64,000 nt of DNA from positions 246,366 to 310,365 of the forward strand of contig CAZVZU010000001.1 of assembly GCA_964631685.1 (NCBI GenBank), read 5' to 3'. Shown here piece after piece: positions 10,108 through 19,307 of the stretch. The translations under genes were made by a program, and so were the position numbers. Below the pieces are notes generated by a model. That model was not told where the DNA came from. It saw nothing but the letters and a program-made list of their open reading frames with translations, and did no database searches. This DNA is from an uncultured Actinomycetes bacterium. GTDB taxonomy: Bacteria; SZUA-79; Acidulodesulfobacterales; Acidulodesulfobacteraceae. Position 1 is the first letter of the stretch; every line of letters begins with the position of its first letter.

Positions 10108-11562
10108 TTATTCTTTTACAATCTCTGAAGGCTTAGACAACACACGTCTATTTTTGAATTCATTTGGTCCTATTGTCATATACCTTGTCTTTTTATCTAG
10201 AGGCTTTTGGCTAAAATCGAGCATTGTCTTTAGCTCCCTCATTCTTTGATTATCCCAGAGGTTTTGATGTGAATCTTTCAGCGCCTCTAAGACATAATGT
10301 TCAAATGCCTTCTTGTATTCGGATTTATCCGTCTCTGCAATCGGTATCTCCCATTCAGCAAAAAGATTTGTGTAGCGATTTGTTCTGTCTGAAATAAAGA
10401 GGTTTGATGTAATAGCCACAGAACCTAAACCCAGTGGCTTACCCATGCCAAGCTTATGACAACAACCTTCAGGCAAATCAATAGCAAAAAGTAAAGCACC
10501 AAGTTCAACAGCGGAGAGATTTTCAAATCTAATTTTGCCCGTGAAGATTATATCCGCCTTAACTGGGTTAATTTTGTTATCAGTATCTTCATTAAAGCTT
10601 GCCTGGTTTTTATTTGCCCAGTTTCTTCCAGATTTATGCCAGTATAATTTATTTCCCCTTATATTGTTGTCCGAGTTGTAAAGGACAAACTTTTTATGGG
10701 GATCATTAAAATTATTTTTGTTCTGCTCTAAATAATGCTGAAATAAAGTGGGCTTCGGTTCGAGCAGGGTTATGACCTTTTCACCCTCATAGTCTATGTC
10801 AGATTGATTACAAAATGCATCTTCAAAAAATACCCTGCCGGCAAAGGTTCTTTCATTGCCAAATATTGCATCCGCAAGGTCAATCTTTGTTTCGTCCTTT
10901 AAGGATTGAGGAATATGCTCTCCAATTGTCTTTTTGTACGATGGAACTCCATCTGGATATCTAGAATCTTCGCCGAGGCTTGACGTGTCCGCGACTGCCC
11001 TAAAATATAGTCTCTTATCATCAAAGAACCCGAATTTCCCAAAACTCACAATCTCAACCATTGTTCGCGTCATACCTCTAATGGAGCTACCAGGAATGCG
11101 TATCTTATCAGCAGTAATATATATATTTTGTTCTCTGTCTTTTTCTTTTTTCCCCCTTATCCTATTTTCCGTTAAAGTATTCCTGATATACAGCGGGGTC
11201 TTTGTCTTAATGCACAAATCTATGTAGCCGGTGAACCTGCCTTTTCGGTATGTGTCAAAGCTACATAGCTCTTCTGCTTTTAAGGCAGTGTCATTTAAAG
11301 GAATAAAATTGTATGGCGCGCATGCTCGTAGTTGCTGTACTCCATGTTTTTTGCAATTTGAATATATGATTTCTCCTTTCAGTAGCATTTTAATAATCTG
11401 CCCATTGTCCCTTTCTGTATCCACTTCTTTGCCGTTTAATGACTCGATATCTTTATGACTAAAATTTTGAATAGTCATTTTTTTACCAGTATCAATAAAT
11501 AATGCTTCGGTTACAAAGGCACCGGATTTGCTCTTGGTTATTTTTAATGTAGCTTTGTCCAT
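10108..11562 (-). CDS. cas7: Orphan type III-D large Cas7-family RAMP (TIGR03986-like) lacking the insertion domain
   Basis: APYNFIPL, IPGSSIRGM, GRVFFEDA, RGNKLYWHK, GMGKPLGLG; paralogue of 46388-48277; ATG 11562 after GGGAGGG. Confidence 0.9.
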   Translation of the reverse strand: MDKATLKITKSKSGAFVTEALFIDTGKKMTIQNFSHKDIESLNGKEVDTERDNGQIIKMLLKGEIIYSNCKKHGVQQLRACAPYNFIPLNDTALKAEELCSFDTYRKGRFTGYIDLCIKTKTPLYIRNTLTENRIRGKKEKDREQNIYITADKIRIPGSSIRGMTRTMVEIVSFGKFGFFDDKRLYFRAVADTSSLGEDSRYPDGVPSYKKTIGEHIPQSLKDETKIDLADAIFGNERTFAGRVFFEDAFCNQSDIDYEGEKVITLLEPKPTLFQHYLEQNKNNFNDPHKKFVLYNSDNNIRGNKLYWHKSGRNWANKNQASFNEDTDNKINPVKADIIFTGKIRFENLSAVELGALLFAIDLPEGCCHKLGMGKPLGLGSVAITSNLFISDRTNRYTNLFAEWEIPIAETDKSEYKKAFEHYVLEALKDSHQNLWDNQRMRELKTMLDFSQKPLDKKTRYMTIGPNEFKNRRVLSKPSEIVKE

Positions 11563-11655
11563 TTTATTCCCTCCCAAGCAGACTCTCCTCCCAATGATTT
11601 TTCTTTTTTTTCACTCACTAAATTTCAAAATTGCAAACAATCATCTTCACCTTAA

Positions 11656-12717
11656 TTAAAAATGATATTTGATTTCATTGGTATACATTAGATCTTTGTA
11701 AACCCCGTCTTCATACTGAGTAAGCATTATTTTCCAATAATTGTGAATTGCTACGCCTAGCATTAGACCGATTGAAATAGGCATGCTATAGACTAGTTTG
11801 ACTTCTTCGTATTTTATTTGCAGTTCATTAAGTTCCTTGAATATTTCCCTGACATACTGTCCCCAATCTTCATCCATGCCCAACGTTCCGCTATTATTTT
11901 TTGCTTTCAGATAAAAAATATCGCCATAATTTTTTATCTGAGACTGATCTAAATTTATTTTATGACTTGATATATCCACAGCAAGGGTAGCTTTTTTGTT
12001 AGTACCTTGATTTTGAATAGATGTCTTCAAGTCAAACTTTACTAAAGATTCAACATTTTCTTTAATTGTTCTATCTTTGATCTCGTAAATTTTATTATAT
12101 CCGTTAGCGGATTTATCATATTGCAATACCATTATGGCACTGTTCGCAAATATAGCTCCTACGAGGATCGCTACACTGACTGGTCCAATATAGATAATAT
12201 AAAACTCATCTTTGGCGGGAATTTTATGTTCAAGTTTTTCTATGTCATGTCTCGATATTTTTAAAAAATCCTTCAACTTTTCTTTATTTTCTATATCCCC
12301 TTTAAATTCGAATATAAGATCGTCATCCTTTATATGGAACATCTGTTCCAGATTCTCTTTGTGATGTTTATATTCGCTACTATCATCCCCTATCAGAGAA
12401 AAAACCCGGCCTATTGCATTTTTGGAATCAGCAGGATTGGCTACATTAATAACTATAGGGATTGGAATAAAGTCGCGGCGATATACTTTAAATTTGCCAT
12501 ATTCTTGAAATCCCGCATAAAATAAACCAATAATAAATACGGCAAAACTTGCCCAAAATATTAATGAATAGCCTAATGTTATTCCTACAGCTGAAATAAT
12601 TGCAAACACGGTCGTAACGATCTGAAGGTACTTATTTTCTACAATCGCGCCTATAAATTTATCTAATCGAAACGACTGAAGTTTATTATACCCTCTGTTT
12701 TTAGCGGACAAATCCAT
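11656..12717 (-). CDS. 2TM-SAVED cyclic-oligonucleotide-sensing membrane effector
   Basis: Two N-terminal hydrophobic helices; duplicated CARF-like motif IIYIGPVSVAILVG / LVYSMPISIGLMLG and terminal QY..G.Y typical of SAVED. Confidence 0.75.
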   Translation of the reverse strand: MDLSAKNRGYNKLQSFRLDKFIGAIVENKYLQIVTTVFAIISAVGITLGYSLIFWASFAVFIIGLFYAGFQEYGKFKVYRRDFIPIPIVINVANPADSKNAIGRVFSLIGDDSSEYKHHKENLEQMFHIKDDDLIFEFKGDIENKEKLKDFLKISRHDIEKLEHKIPAKDEFYIIYIGPVSVAILVGAIFANSAIMVLQYDKSANGYNKIYEIKDRTIKENVESLVKFDLKTSIQNQGTNKKATLAVDISSHKINLDQSQIKNYGDIFYLKAKNNSGTLGMDEDWGQYVREIFKELNELQIKYEEVKLVYSMPISIGLMLGVAIHNYWKIMLTQYEDGVYKDLMYTNEIKYHF

Positions 12718-12827
12718 TTCTTCCTCATTTTTGGTTATTTGGACAGATGCTACCCTCTTGAATATTCTTAATCAAAAGGACTACCACTAGCTTACAACTT
12801 TTGTTTTGTACTTAGCAAGAAAATATT

Positions 12828-13094
12828 TTAGATGTTCTTTAATTTTAATTTTATGCTGCGTAATATTTTGTAAGCCTCAACCTTTTGCGGAGTCATGCAC
12901 GATATAGCAAAATGGGTATATTCGGAATATTTTTCTATATTGTCCATATCAAAATCATTTTCTATCGTTGAATCAATTCCGATTGACAGCATATAAGACT
13001 GCAATGACATTATACCTATTGGAGGCATAACCCTGTCGGAATCTAAGAAAGTGTCACGAAGTGATATTAGGAGAAGTTTTTTATTACTATTCAT
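12828..13094 (-). pseudogene. Truncated B12-binding radical SAM protein (N-terminal fragment)
   Basis: LLLIS...MPPIGIMSLQSY...FAISCMTPQ start of a cobalamin-binding domain; stops before GGxH and the radical SAM core. Confidence 0.7.
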
Positions 13095-13123
13095 TAATGT
13101 ATAAGATTATATTAATATTTTTG

Positions 13124-14686
13124 TTATGCGGTTCTACCCTCGTTGCTACCATAAATTATGTAATGATAAAATGGGTTCATTCTGCTTTCTTTTACATCTT
13201 TGTATTTATCTATATATTTTTTGGTATCAAACCATTCGTTGGGTCTTCTTCCCTCATTTGCTCCAAATTTTACATAATGAATAATCGGATCCATTCCGCT
13301 TAACGCCACGTCAGCATAGGTAGTTCTATAAAATAAAACATCAAAAAGCCCACTGGTTCTAATCTTATTAATAACATCTTCTTCATTGCCTGTCGAAACA
13401 GGAGCATCACATTTATGAATATCAGAGCGATATGGTGATTTTTCCATGAAATAAATGCCTAAAAGTACAGTCTTATCGCTATTATAATAATTTTTTACGT
13501 TTAATAAACTAAAACCGTCTCTTAAGCACGTAGCCTTTGTGTTGAAGAACAGGGTATCGTCATCATTCTCTCTATCACTAGAAAAAATATATATACAACC
13601 CGGGTTAAACACATAATTAAATAAATTTTGCTTGAATTCAGCGGACACCGTTTTATTTTTTATGAGAATAATCCAATCGTTTTTTTTAAAAATTTTACGC
13701 AATTCACTCATATCATTTTTATTTTCTTCCAATTTAAGAAAAGGTATTGAATATTTTTGCGTAACATCCAAAAGATTATTCTGCGAAATTATACATGAAG
13801 GCGGTATGTCGTTTTTGACATTTTTTTCAATAATATCTTCAGTTTGGTTCCTTTCAAAATCTTTGGAAATATATAATAATATATCAACCGATTTTGGATT
13901 CAAACTCATGTTTGTATCATTAATTCTTAGCCTATCATCGTTTAAATAACAGCAACCTTTATCGTATTTATTTAAAGAATAGTTTGTTGTTTTGAAATCA
14001 CTGAATAATCCTATTTCTTGTGTTTTTAGCTCATAAATAAACTGATAAACTTCACCCCATGGAAGCTCTGAAATAAAACTTCCTATTTCTTGCGGAAAAT
14101 CACTGTAACTATAATTAAACTCTGTATTTTCAGGTTTTTCATAAGTCCCTGTTTCATATGCAATGAAATAATTATTATTAGAAATAATCTTATCAAAAGT
14201 TTTTTTAGTAAAAAATCTTATGTGCGTATCATCAAGCAAACCGATTGGCGAATAATTAAACTCATTTTTCATAAGTCCCAATAATATAGAATTATGAGCT
14301 ATATTAGGAATAGATATTAATACACTTCCATCATCTTTTAAGAATGATTTTACACCTTGTATTACTTTTTCCGGATAATAAAGGTGTTCTAATACATCAG
14401 CAAAAATTATATAGTCAAACTTTAAATCTTTAAATTTATTTTGCCAACTATAATCTTCGATATTTCCTACAACTATACCTTCTGTGTATCGTTGAGCATC
14501 TTTTGCAGAATTTTCATCTATTTCTACGGCATAAACTTTACATTTTAGATTTTCTTTCATATATTTTGTCATACGACCATTGGCTGGACCAAATTCTAAA
14601 ATAGTACTATTTGGCCTGATTCTATCTATAAGTAAAGAAAGACTATTTCTGCTTTCTAAGTCTAACCCAAAATTATATTTGCTCAT
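13124..14686 (-). CDS. Class I SAM methyltransferase with C-terminal glycan-synthesis-associated repeat
   Basis: ILEFGPANG, FADVLEHL, GLLDDTHIRFFT; tandem FD..Y...Y.DV.....P..HY...G.NEGR repeats. Confidence 0.8.
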   Translation of the reverse strand: MSKYNFGLDLESRNSLSLLIDRIRPNSTILEFGPANGRMTKYMKENLKCKVYAVEIDENSAKDAQRYTEGIVVGNIEDYSWQNKFKDLKFDYIIFADVLEHLYYPEKVIQGVKSFLKDDGSVLISIPNIAHNSILLGLMKNEFNYSPIGLLDDTHIRFFTKKTFDKIISNNNYFIAYETGTYEKPENTEFNYSYSDFPQEIGSFISELPWGEVYQFIYELKTQEIGLFSDFKTTNYSLNKYDKGCCYLNDDRLRINDTNMSLNPKSVDILLYISKDFERNQTEDIIEKNVKNDIPPSCIISQNNLLDVTQKYSIPFLKLEENKNDMSELRKIFKKNDWIILIKNKTVSAEFKQNLFNYVFNPGCIYIFSSDRENDDDTLFFNTKATCLRDGFSLLNVKNYYNSDKTVLLGIYFMEKSPYRSDIHKCDAPVSTGNEEDVINKIRTSGLFDVLFYRTTYADVALSGMDPIIHYVKFGANEGRRPNEWFDTKKYIDKYKDVKESRMNPFYHYIIYGSNEGRTA

Positions 14687-14706
14687 ATGTAAACTCCACT
14701 TCATCT

Positions 14707-14925
14707 TAATATAAAGTCACAATACATCCATTAATGTTATCTGACGACATTACATTAATAGTTATTGCCTCATATATTCAATGTTGTCGTATATGATTTA
14801 ACTATATGCCTTCTGATAATGCAACCGTAACGACATATTCTTTGCTTAAACTATCTTTAAAAGCACACCGATAGTAATATCGTTTAAATCAACAGTAGCA
14901 CGAAATTGACATGCTATGCAACATA
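14707..14925 (-). pseudogene. Degraded Wzt C-terminal (polysaccharide ABC ATPase) remnant
   Basis: Manual translation: QFRATVDLNDITIGV.. then EYVVTVALSEGI*LNHIRQH*IYEAITINV, with stops where Q/W are expected. Confidence 0.55.
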
Positions 14926-15037
14926 TGTTCCTTATATTTTAGTTTATCGTTTCCGCTGTGATAAAAGCCAATGACCAATACTAAAGGCCGTATTTCTTGT
15001 TTGTAAAATTCCATAGATTACCACTTAATATTAAATC

Positions 15038-17533
15038 CTATTTAAGTCTTTTGAGCATCCTTTCTATTTCTAATTTTTTCCTATAAACCTTTATATTTAA
15101 CCTATCATAGGCTAAAAGTTCATTGCATAAGTCACGCGCCTGTCCATACTTCCCGCCATCCAAGAAGAAATCAATTATATTTTCCGATGCCCTAAGCCAA
15201 CTGATGTAAAAATATTGCATAGTCAAAGTCTTATCGTCTATAAGTATTTTCATATTACAATTTTCTGCGGCAATATTATTATCATATGAATACTTAAACT
15301 TCCATTTACTCGACAAATTAAAGGCATTCTGCGCGTCATTTTTCATCCTTCCTTCCGTCTTTTCTTCGAAATGAATAAGGATACTTCGCGGATTAAATAT
15401 TATCCTTTTCTTGACTTCTATTAATTTTAGACACAAATCCACATCCTCAAAACCATTTTCATATATCTCATCGAACAAATTCATGGAAAAAAACAATTCC
15501 TTTTTTAAAAGAATAGAAGCGGCTGTTACGGCATTATGATCTGCGTAAACCATCGTATTTTTAGCTAATAAATCCTTGCATTCAAATATATCCATTCCTC
15601 TGTACGGATGATACGGGTAACACTCCTCATTATTATTTGCAAAAACGACCCCAGCGTGCTGAATTTTTCCATCAGGATAGAGTAGTAAAGAGCCCACTGC
15701 CCCACACTTATTGCCTTCTTTTATGGCAGTACTGACCAATTCATCAATAGCCCCTTTAAAAACGATAATATCATTATTTAAAAAATGCAGATATTTGCCC
15801 CTGCTTGCCCTAGCACCCTGATTGCTAGCTTTGGCATAACCCATGTTTTTATCGTTATTAATTACAATAAAATTATCCAAACCATTCAATGTTTCCAGAT
15901 AGGCTTTAGTACCGTCGGTAGAGCCGTTATTTATGACTACTACTTCAAAATTAGACAAGGGATGATTTTTAAATATGGAGTTTAGACAATTCTTAGTATA
16001 TTGCAGATTATTAAACACGGGAATAATTATAGAAACATCAAAATTACACCCGGTATTCTGATTTATTCTCGCATAGTTAGTCTTACCACTCGCCACGTCA
16101 TATGCCGGAAGATATAGTCCGTCCGCCAATTCAAACATAAAACCGGAACCTGCATAAAAAGAGGATAGATTTACTATAGACGCAAGCATTTTTAACGAAA
16201 GTCCGCTATTTTCTCCTCCCTTAAAATCGTAATCTAATACCTTAAGACTCTTTTGATTAAAGTAAGGAAAATCTTTTCTGATTAGATCTAAAATTAAGCC
16301 CCGGTCTTCTTTTTTTATATATCCAGAATCTAACATAACAAAGGATTCGTTTATATTTATGCCGTAATCCTTTAAGAATACATAGGCATCGGATACATCG
16401 CTATTATCAAAAAATATATCAGGTTTACCGCTATCTATATGTTTTAGCGGATAGTCTATCTCTGGAAAATTATCTGTATTTTTTATATTAATAACATAAT
16501 CAACCAACTCTTCGGGCATAACATCGCTTAAATATTTTAAATGAATATTATTTCTAAAAAAATCTTGATTTTCATTGACAACAAGCAACAAATTCCATTT
16601 ATTAAAGGCATTATGAATATTTCTTATAAAAATGTTAAAATTTAGCAAATCCTTAAATTTACTAGAATCTATTGTGAGTAATACCCTCTTGCTCTGACTT
16701 GCAATCTCTTTCAATCCCGGTTTAATAGCATCTATTTTAAGTTTTCCGGCAACATATTCTCCTATCCTTACCCTCGAAAATACGTTCATAAAACCGCAAT
16801 ACTCAAGATATGCCTTTAAGAGTTCCGGCGAATAAATCGTGTTTGATTGCTTACTCTTTAAAAAATAATCCAATATATTTTCAGGCGAAAAAAAATTATA
16901 GCAATCGTCTGAATGTTTTTTTATATTTTTTTCTAATTCTGCAATCTCTTTAGTGAAACTAACGGGTATATTCCCTGATTTTTGATAATGCTTATAAAAA
17001 TTAATATAAAAAGGGACATCTTCACAGTCGATGGCAAGCTTGCCGCCACAAGCGAGTATCCTGAAAAATTCTTTAAAAATAAGTTCATTTTCACTATAAT
17101 CTAGCCATTCTATGATGTTACTTATCGTTATCTCATTTAAAACATTCGACGGGAGAGATAAGAGACAAGCTCTAAGATGAGAAAAATCTATTTTTTTGCT
17201 CACGCTATCTATTTGTTTACCTTTTGTACCGTCTATATCAAGCGACAACCCTTCCCTGTCAAATTTAAATAATTGCCGATCGCCCCATCTATCCATAACC
17301 CTATCAACAGCATCTGCCGCAACCTTAGTGGATGCCAAATCTAATATCAGGCCTTCCTGTTCCTGGATCAATCCGGTTATCAGTATATCGTTTTCTAAAA
17401 GACTTTTCTCAAAAAATTCATACTTGACATAATCGGCAGTAATTTTCTCTCTCACGATATTATCGCGCAATAGACGCATGCTTATATCTTTTACAGCTTT
17501 TTTAATCTTTTCATTACTAGATATATCCATCAT
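15038..17533 (-). CDS. Multidomain glycosyltransferase (methyltransferase-like + GT2)
   Basis: VSIIIPVFN, NNGSTDGT, FLNND, IQHAG, EDVDLCLK. Confidence 0.85.
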   Translation of the reverse strand: MMDISSNEKIKKAVKDISMRLLRDNIVREKITADYVKYEFFEKSLLENDILITGLIQEQEGLILDLASTKVAADAVDRVMDRWGDRQLFKFDREGLSLDIDGTKGKQIDSVSKKIDFSHLRACLLSLPSNVLNEITISNIIEWLDYSENELIFKEFFRILACGGKLAIDCEDVPFYINFYKHYQKSGNIPVSFTKEIAELEKNIKKHSDDCYNFFSPENILDYFLKSKQSNTIYSPELLKAYLEYCGFMNVFSRVRIGEYVAGKLKIDAIKPGLKEIASQSKRVLLTIDSSKFKDLLNFNIFIRNIHNAFNKWNLLLVVNENQDFFRNNIHLKYLSDVMPEELVDYVINIKNTDNFPEIDYPLKHIDSGKPDIFFDNSDVSDAYVFLKDYGININESFVMLDSGYIKKEDRGLILDLIRKDFPYFNQKSLKVLDYDFKGGENSGLSLKMLASIVNLSSFYAGSGFMFELADGLYLPAYDVASGKTNYARINQNTGCNFDVSIIIPVFNNLQYTKNCLNSIFKNHPLSNFEVVVINNGSTDGTKAYLETLNGLDNFIVINNDKNMGYAKASNQGARASRGKYLHFLNNDIIVFKGAIDELVSTAIKEGNKCGAVGSLLLYPDGKIQHAGVVFANNNEECYPYHPYRGMDIFECKDLLAKNTMVYADHNAVTAASILLKKELFFSMNLFDEIYENGFEDVDLCLKLIEVKKRIIFNPRSILIHFEEKTEGRMKNDAQNAFNLSSKWKFKYSYDNNIAAENCNMKILIDDKTLTMQYFYISWLRASENIIDFFLDGGKYGQARDLCNELLAYDRLNIKVYRKKLEIERMLKRLK

Positions 17534-17561
17534 TAGACAAAAACACCATTACAATTTTATA

Positions 17562-19304
17562 TTAATCTTTATGTTTAAAGGAATATTCTTGCAATCCCTT
17601 AAGGAACGTCGTCCCTACCCTCTTAAATATTCCTAATAAGCGCTTGTAGCTGGAATAATTCTTCAACGCATCAACCGACAGTCCGAAAACGTCATAACTG
17701 ACAGAGCTGTTCTGGTTTACTATATGTATTTGATTTACAAGACTTAATTCATCATATGGAGAAGAAATGCTTTTTAGCATGAGATCCGTAGATTTCATAT
17801 TGTCAACGCTTTTATTTATTTTTGCTATATCAAAAGGATTATTCAACGCAATACCAATTAGGCATTTGGCCTCTTGCATACCCTTTACGCAAAGGGTATG
17901 CAAGATATCTATTACATTGAATTCCTTGTTTATATCGGCGGTAATATTATATTCAACATCAGTAAAACTATCAAGAAAAACGGTTATTTCGATGTCATGT
18001 ACCATACCTATATTACCTTCATAAAAATACTCGAGTGCCAATTTCAAAATTCTAAGCCTTAAATCGTTAGGTGTAAGCATTCCCTTAACCGCTGGTAAAA
18101 AATCAATAAACCCATTTGAATCTAATCTTGAAATATACGGTATCATGCCGCTATTTTTATATTTTAAAAGATATTTTGAATATGTTGATGGTTTTTTATC
18201 GAGTTCCATTGTCGCAATATCAAAGATATATTCAGGTTTAATAAGATCCTTGCACTCCGGATTTAAACATTTAACATTAAAATCACATGGAAAACAGTTT
18301 ATGTCCGGAGTTATAAGCACTTTATTTTTAGCATAGGGTCCTGTTTCCATAAATCCGACATGTCCGGTATAGATAACAATAAGTTCAACCCCAAGGCTAA
18401 CCCCTATATGCATTGTTCCCGTATCATGAGTAATAAGAAGCCTGCTAGCGCCTACCATATAGATTAATCCCGCAACCGATGTCTTTCCCGTGAGATTTAT
18501 AAGCCTTTTATTTACAACTTTATTTTCTATATAAAGACCGTTATCTGCATCATATGGAGCACCAAGTAGAACTATTTTAATCTTGTTGTTGTAATTTAAA
18601 AGCATGAGCGCAAGCTCGGCAAAATAATCCATATGCCACTTCTTGGAAGGCATTGAAGCACCTATTGCAAATGATACCAGAATATCTCCATCATTTATGT
18701 CGTAATGTTCCAAATTATCCTGAAAATCTCTCAATGCTTCCTTCTTGGCCGCGCTGTTTTCAATGTCCAATGTAATTTCGTTTACTCGGATATTACTTTT
18801 CTTGTTTTTCCCTATCCCGTCAAGGCATCTTTCATAAATATCTACAAGATTTAAAACGCTCGCCTTCCTGTTTTTTACGGCAGAAAATATATATGCGATC
18901 ATTTCATCGTTAGAAACAATGGAACCCTCACGAGTTATGGAAATACCCACGTTTTTTTTAGAATTTAAGATGTATAAGAAATATACACTAAACTCATCAT
19001 GCGATAGATTAATTGCAATGTCATAGACCGAGTCCTTAATCCCGCTAAACATATCATTGGCTGCATTATAAACAGCGCTGTTAAACTCAAAGTTAGAAGA
19101 CTTCAACATATCTGATAGACCTTTTAAGTCAATATATTTAACCTCGTCGATATCTTGCAAAAAGGGGGTTATTTCAGAAAATTCGGTTGAAACAAGGAGC
19201 GTAACATGGCTAATTGGATAAAGAAGCTTAATTTTCTTAAAAAGGGCGGTTGATTGTATTATATCGCCCATCCTTGTGAGGTTAAGTATTAAGATATTTT
19301 TCAT
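17562..19304 (-). CDS. Glycosyltransferase family 9
   Basis: LTRMGDIIQS, GAS..SKKW, NLTGKTS, HDTGTMH, ETGPY. Confidence 0.88.
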   Translation of the reverse strand: MKNILILNLTRMGDIIQSTALFKKIKLLYPISHVTLLVSTEFSEITPFLQDIDEVKYIDLKGLSDMLKSSNFEFNSAVYNAANDMFSGIKDSVYDIAINLSHDEFSVYFLYILNSKKNVGISITREGSIVSNDEMIAYIFSAVKNRKASVLNLVDIYERCLDGIGKNKKSNIRVNEITLDIENSAAKKEALRDFQDNLEHYDINDGDILVSFAIGASMPSKKWHMDYFAELALMLLNYNNKIKIVLLGAPYDADNGLYIENKVVNKRLINLTGKTSVAGLIYMVGASRLLITHDTGTMHIGVSLGVELIVIYTGHVGFMETGPYAKNKVLITPDINCFPCDFNVKCLNPECKDLIKPEYIFDIATMELDKKPSTYSKYLLKYKNSGMIPYISRLDSNGFIDFLPAVKGMLTPNDLRLRILKLALEYFYEGNIGMVHDIEITVFLDSFTDVEYNITADINKEFNVIDILHTLCVKGMQEAKCLIGIALNNPFDIAKINKSVDNMKSTDLMLKSISSPYDELSLVNQIHIVNQNSSVSYDVFGLSVDALKNYSSYKRLLGIFKRVGTTFLKGLQEYSFKHKD

Positions 19305-19307
19305 AAG

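Noticed and set aside
9927..12827. Mini-CRISPR or repeat-like guide near the orphan Cas7/SAVED genes
   Set aside because: No copy of the 30-bp repeat or its ATTGAAAC tag was found in the intergenic gaps
13095..13123. Second dif-like site bounding the accessory block
   Set aside because: AT-rich resemblance only; no 11-6-11 geometry
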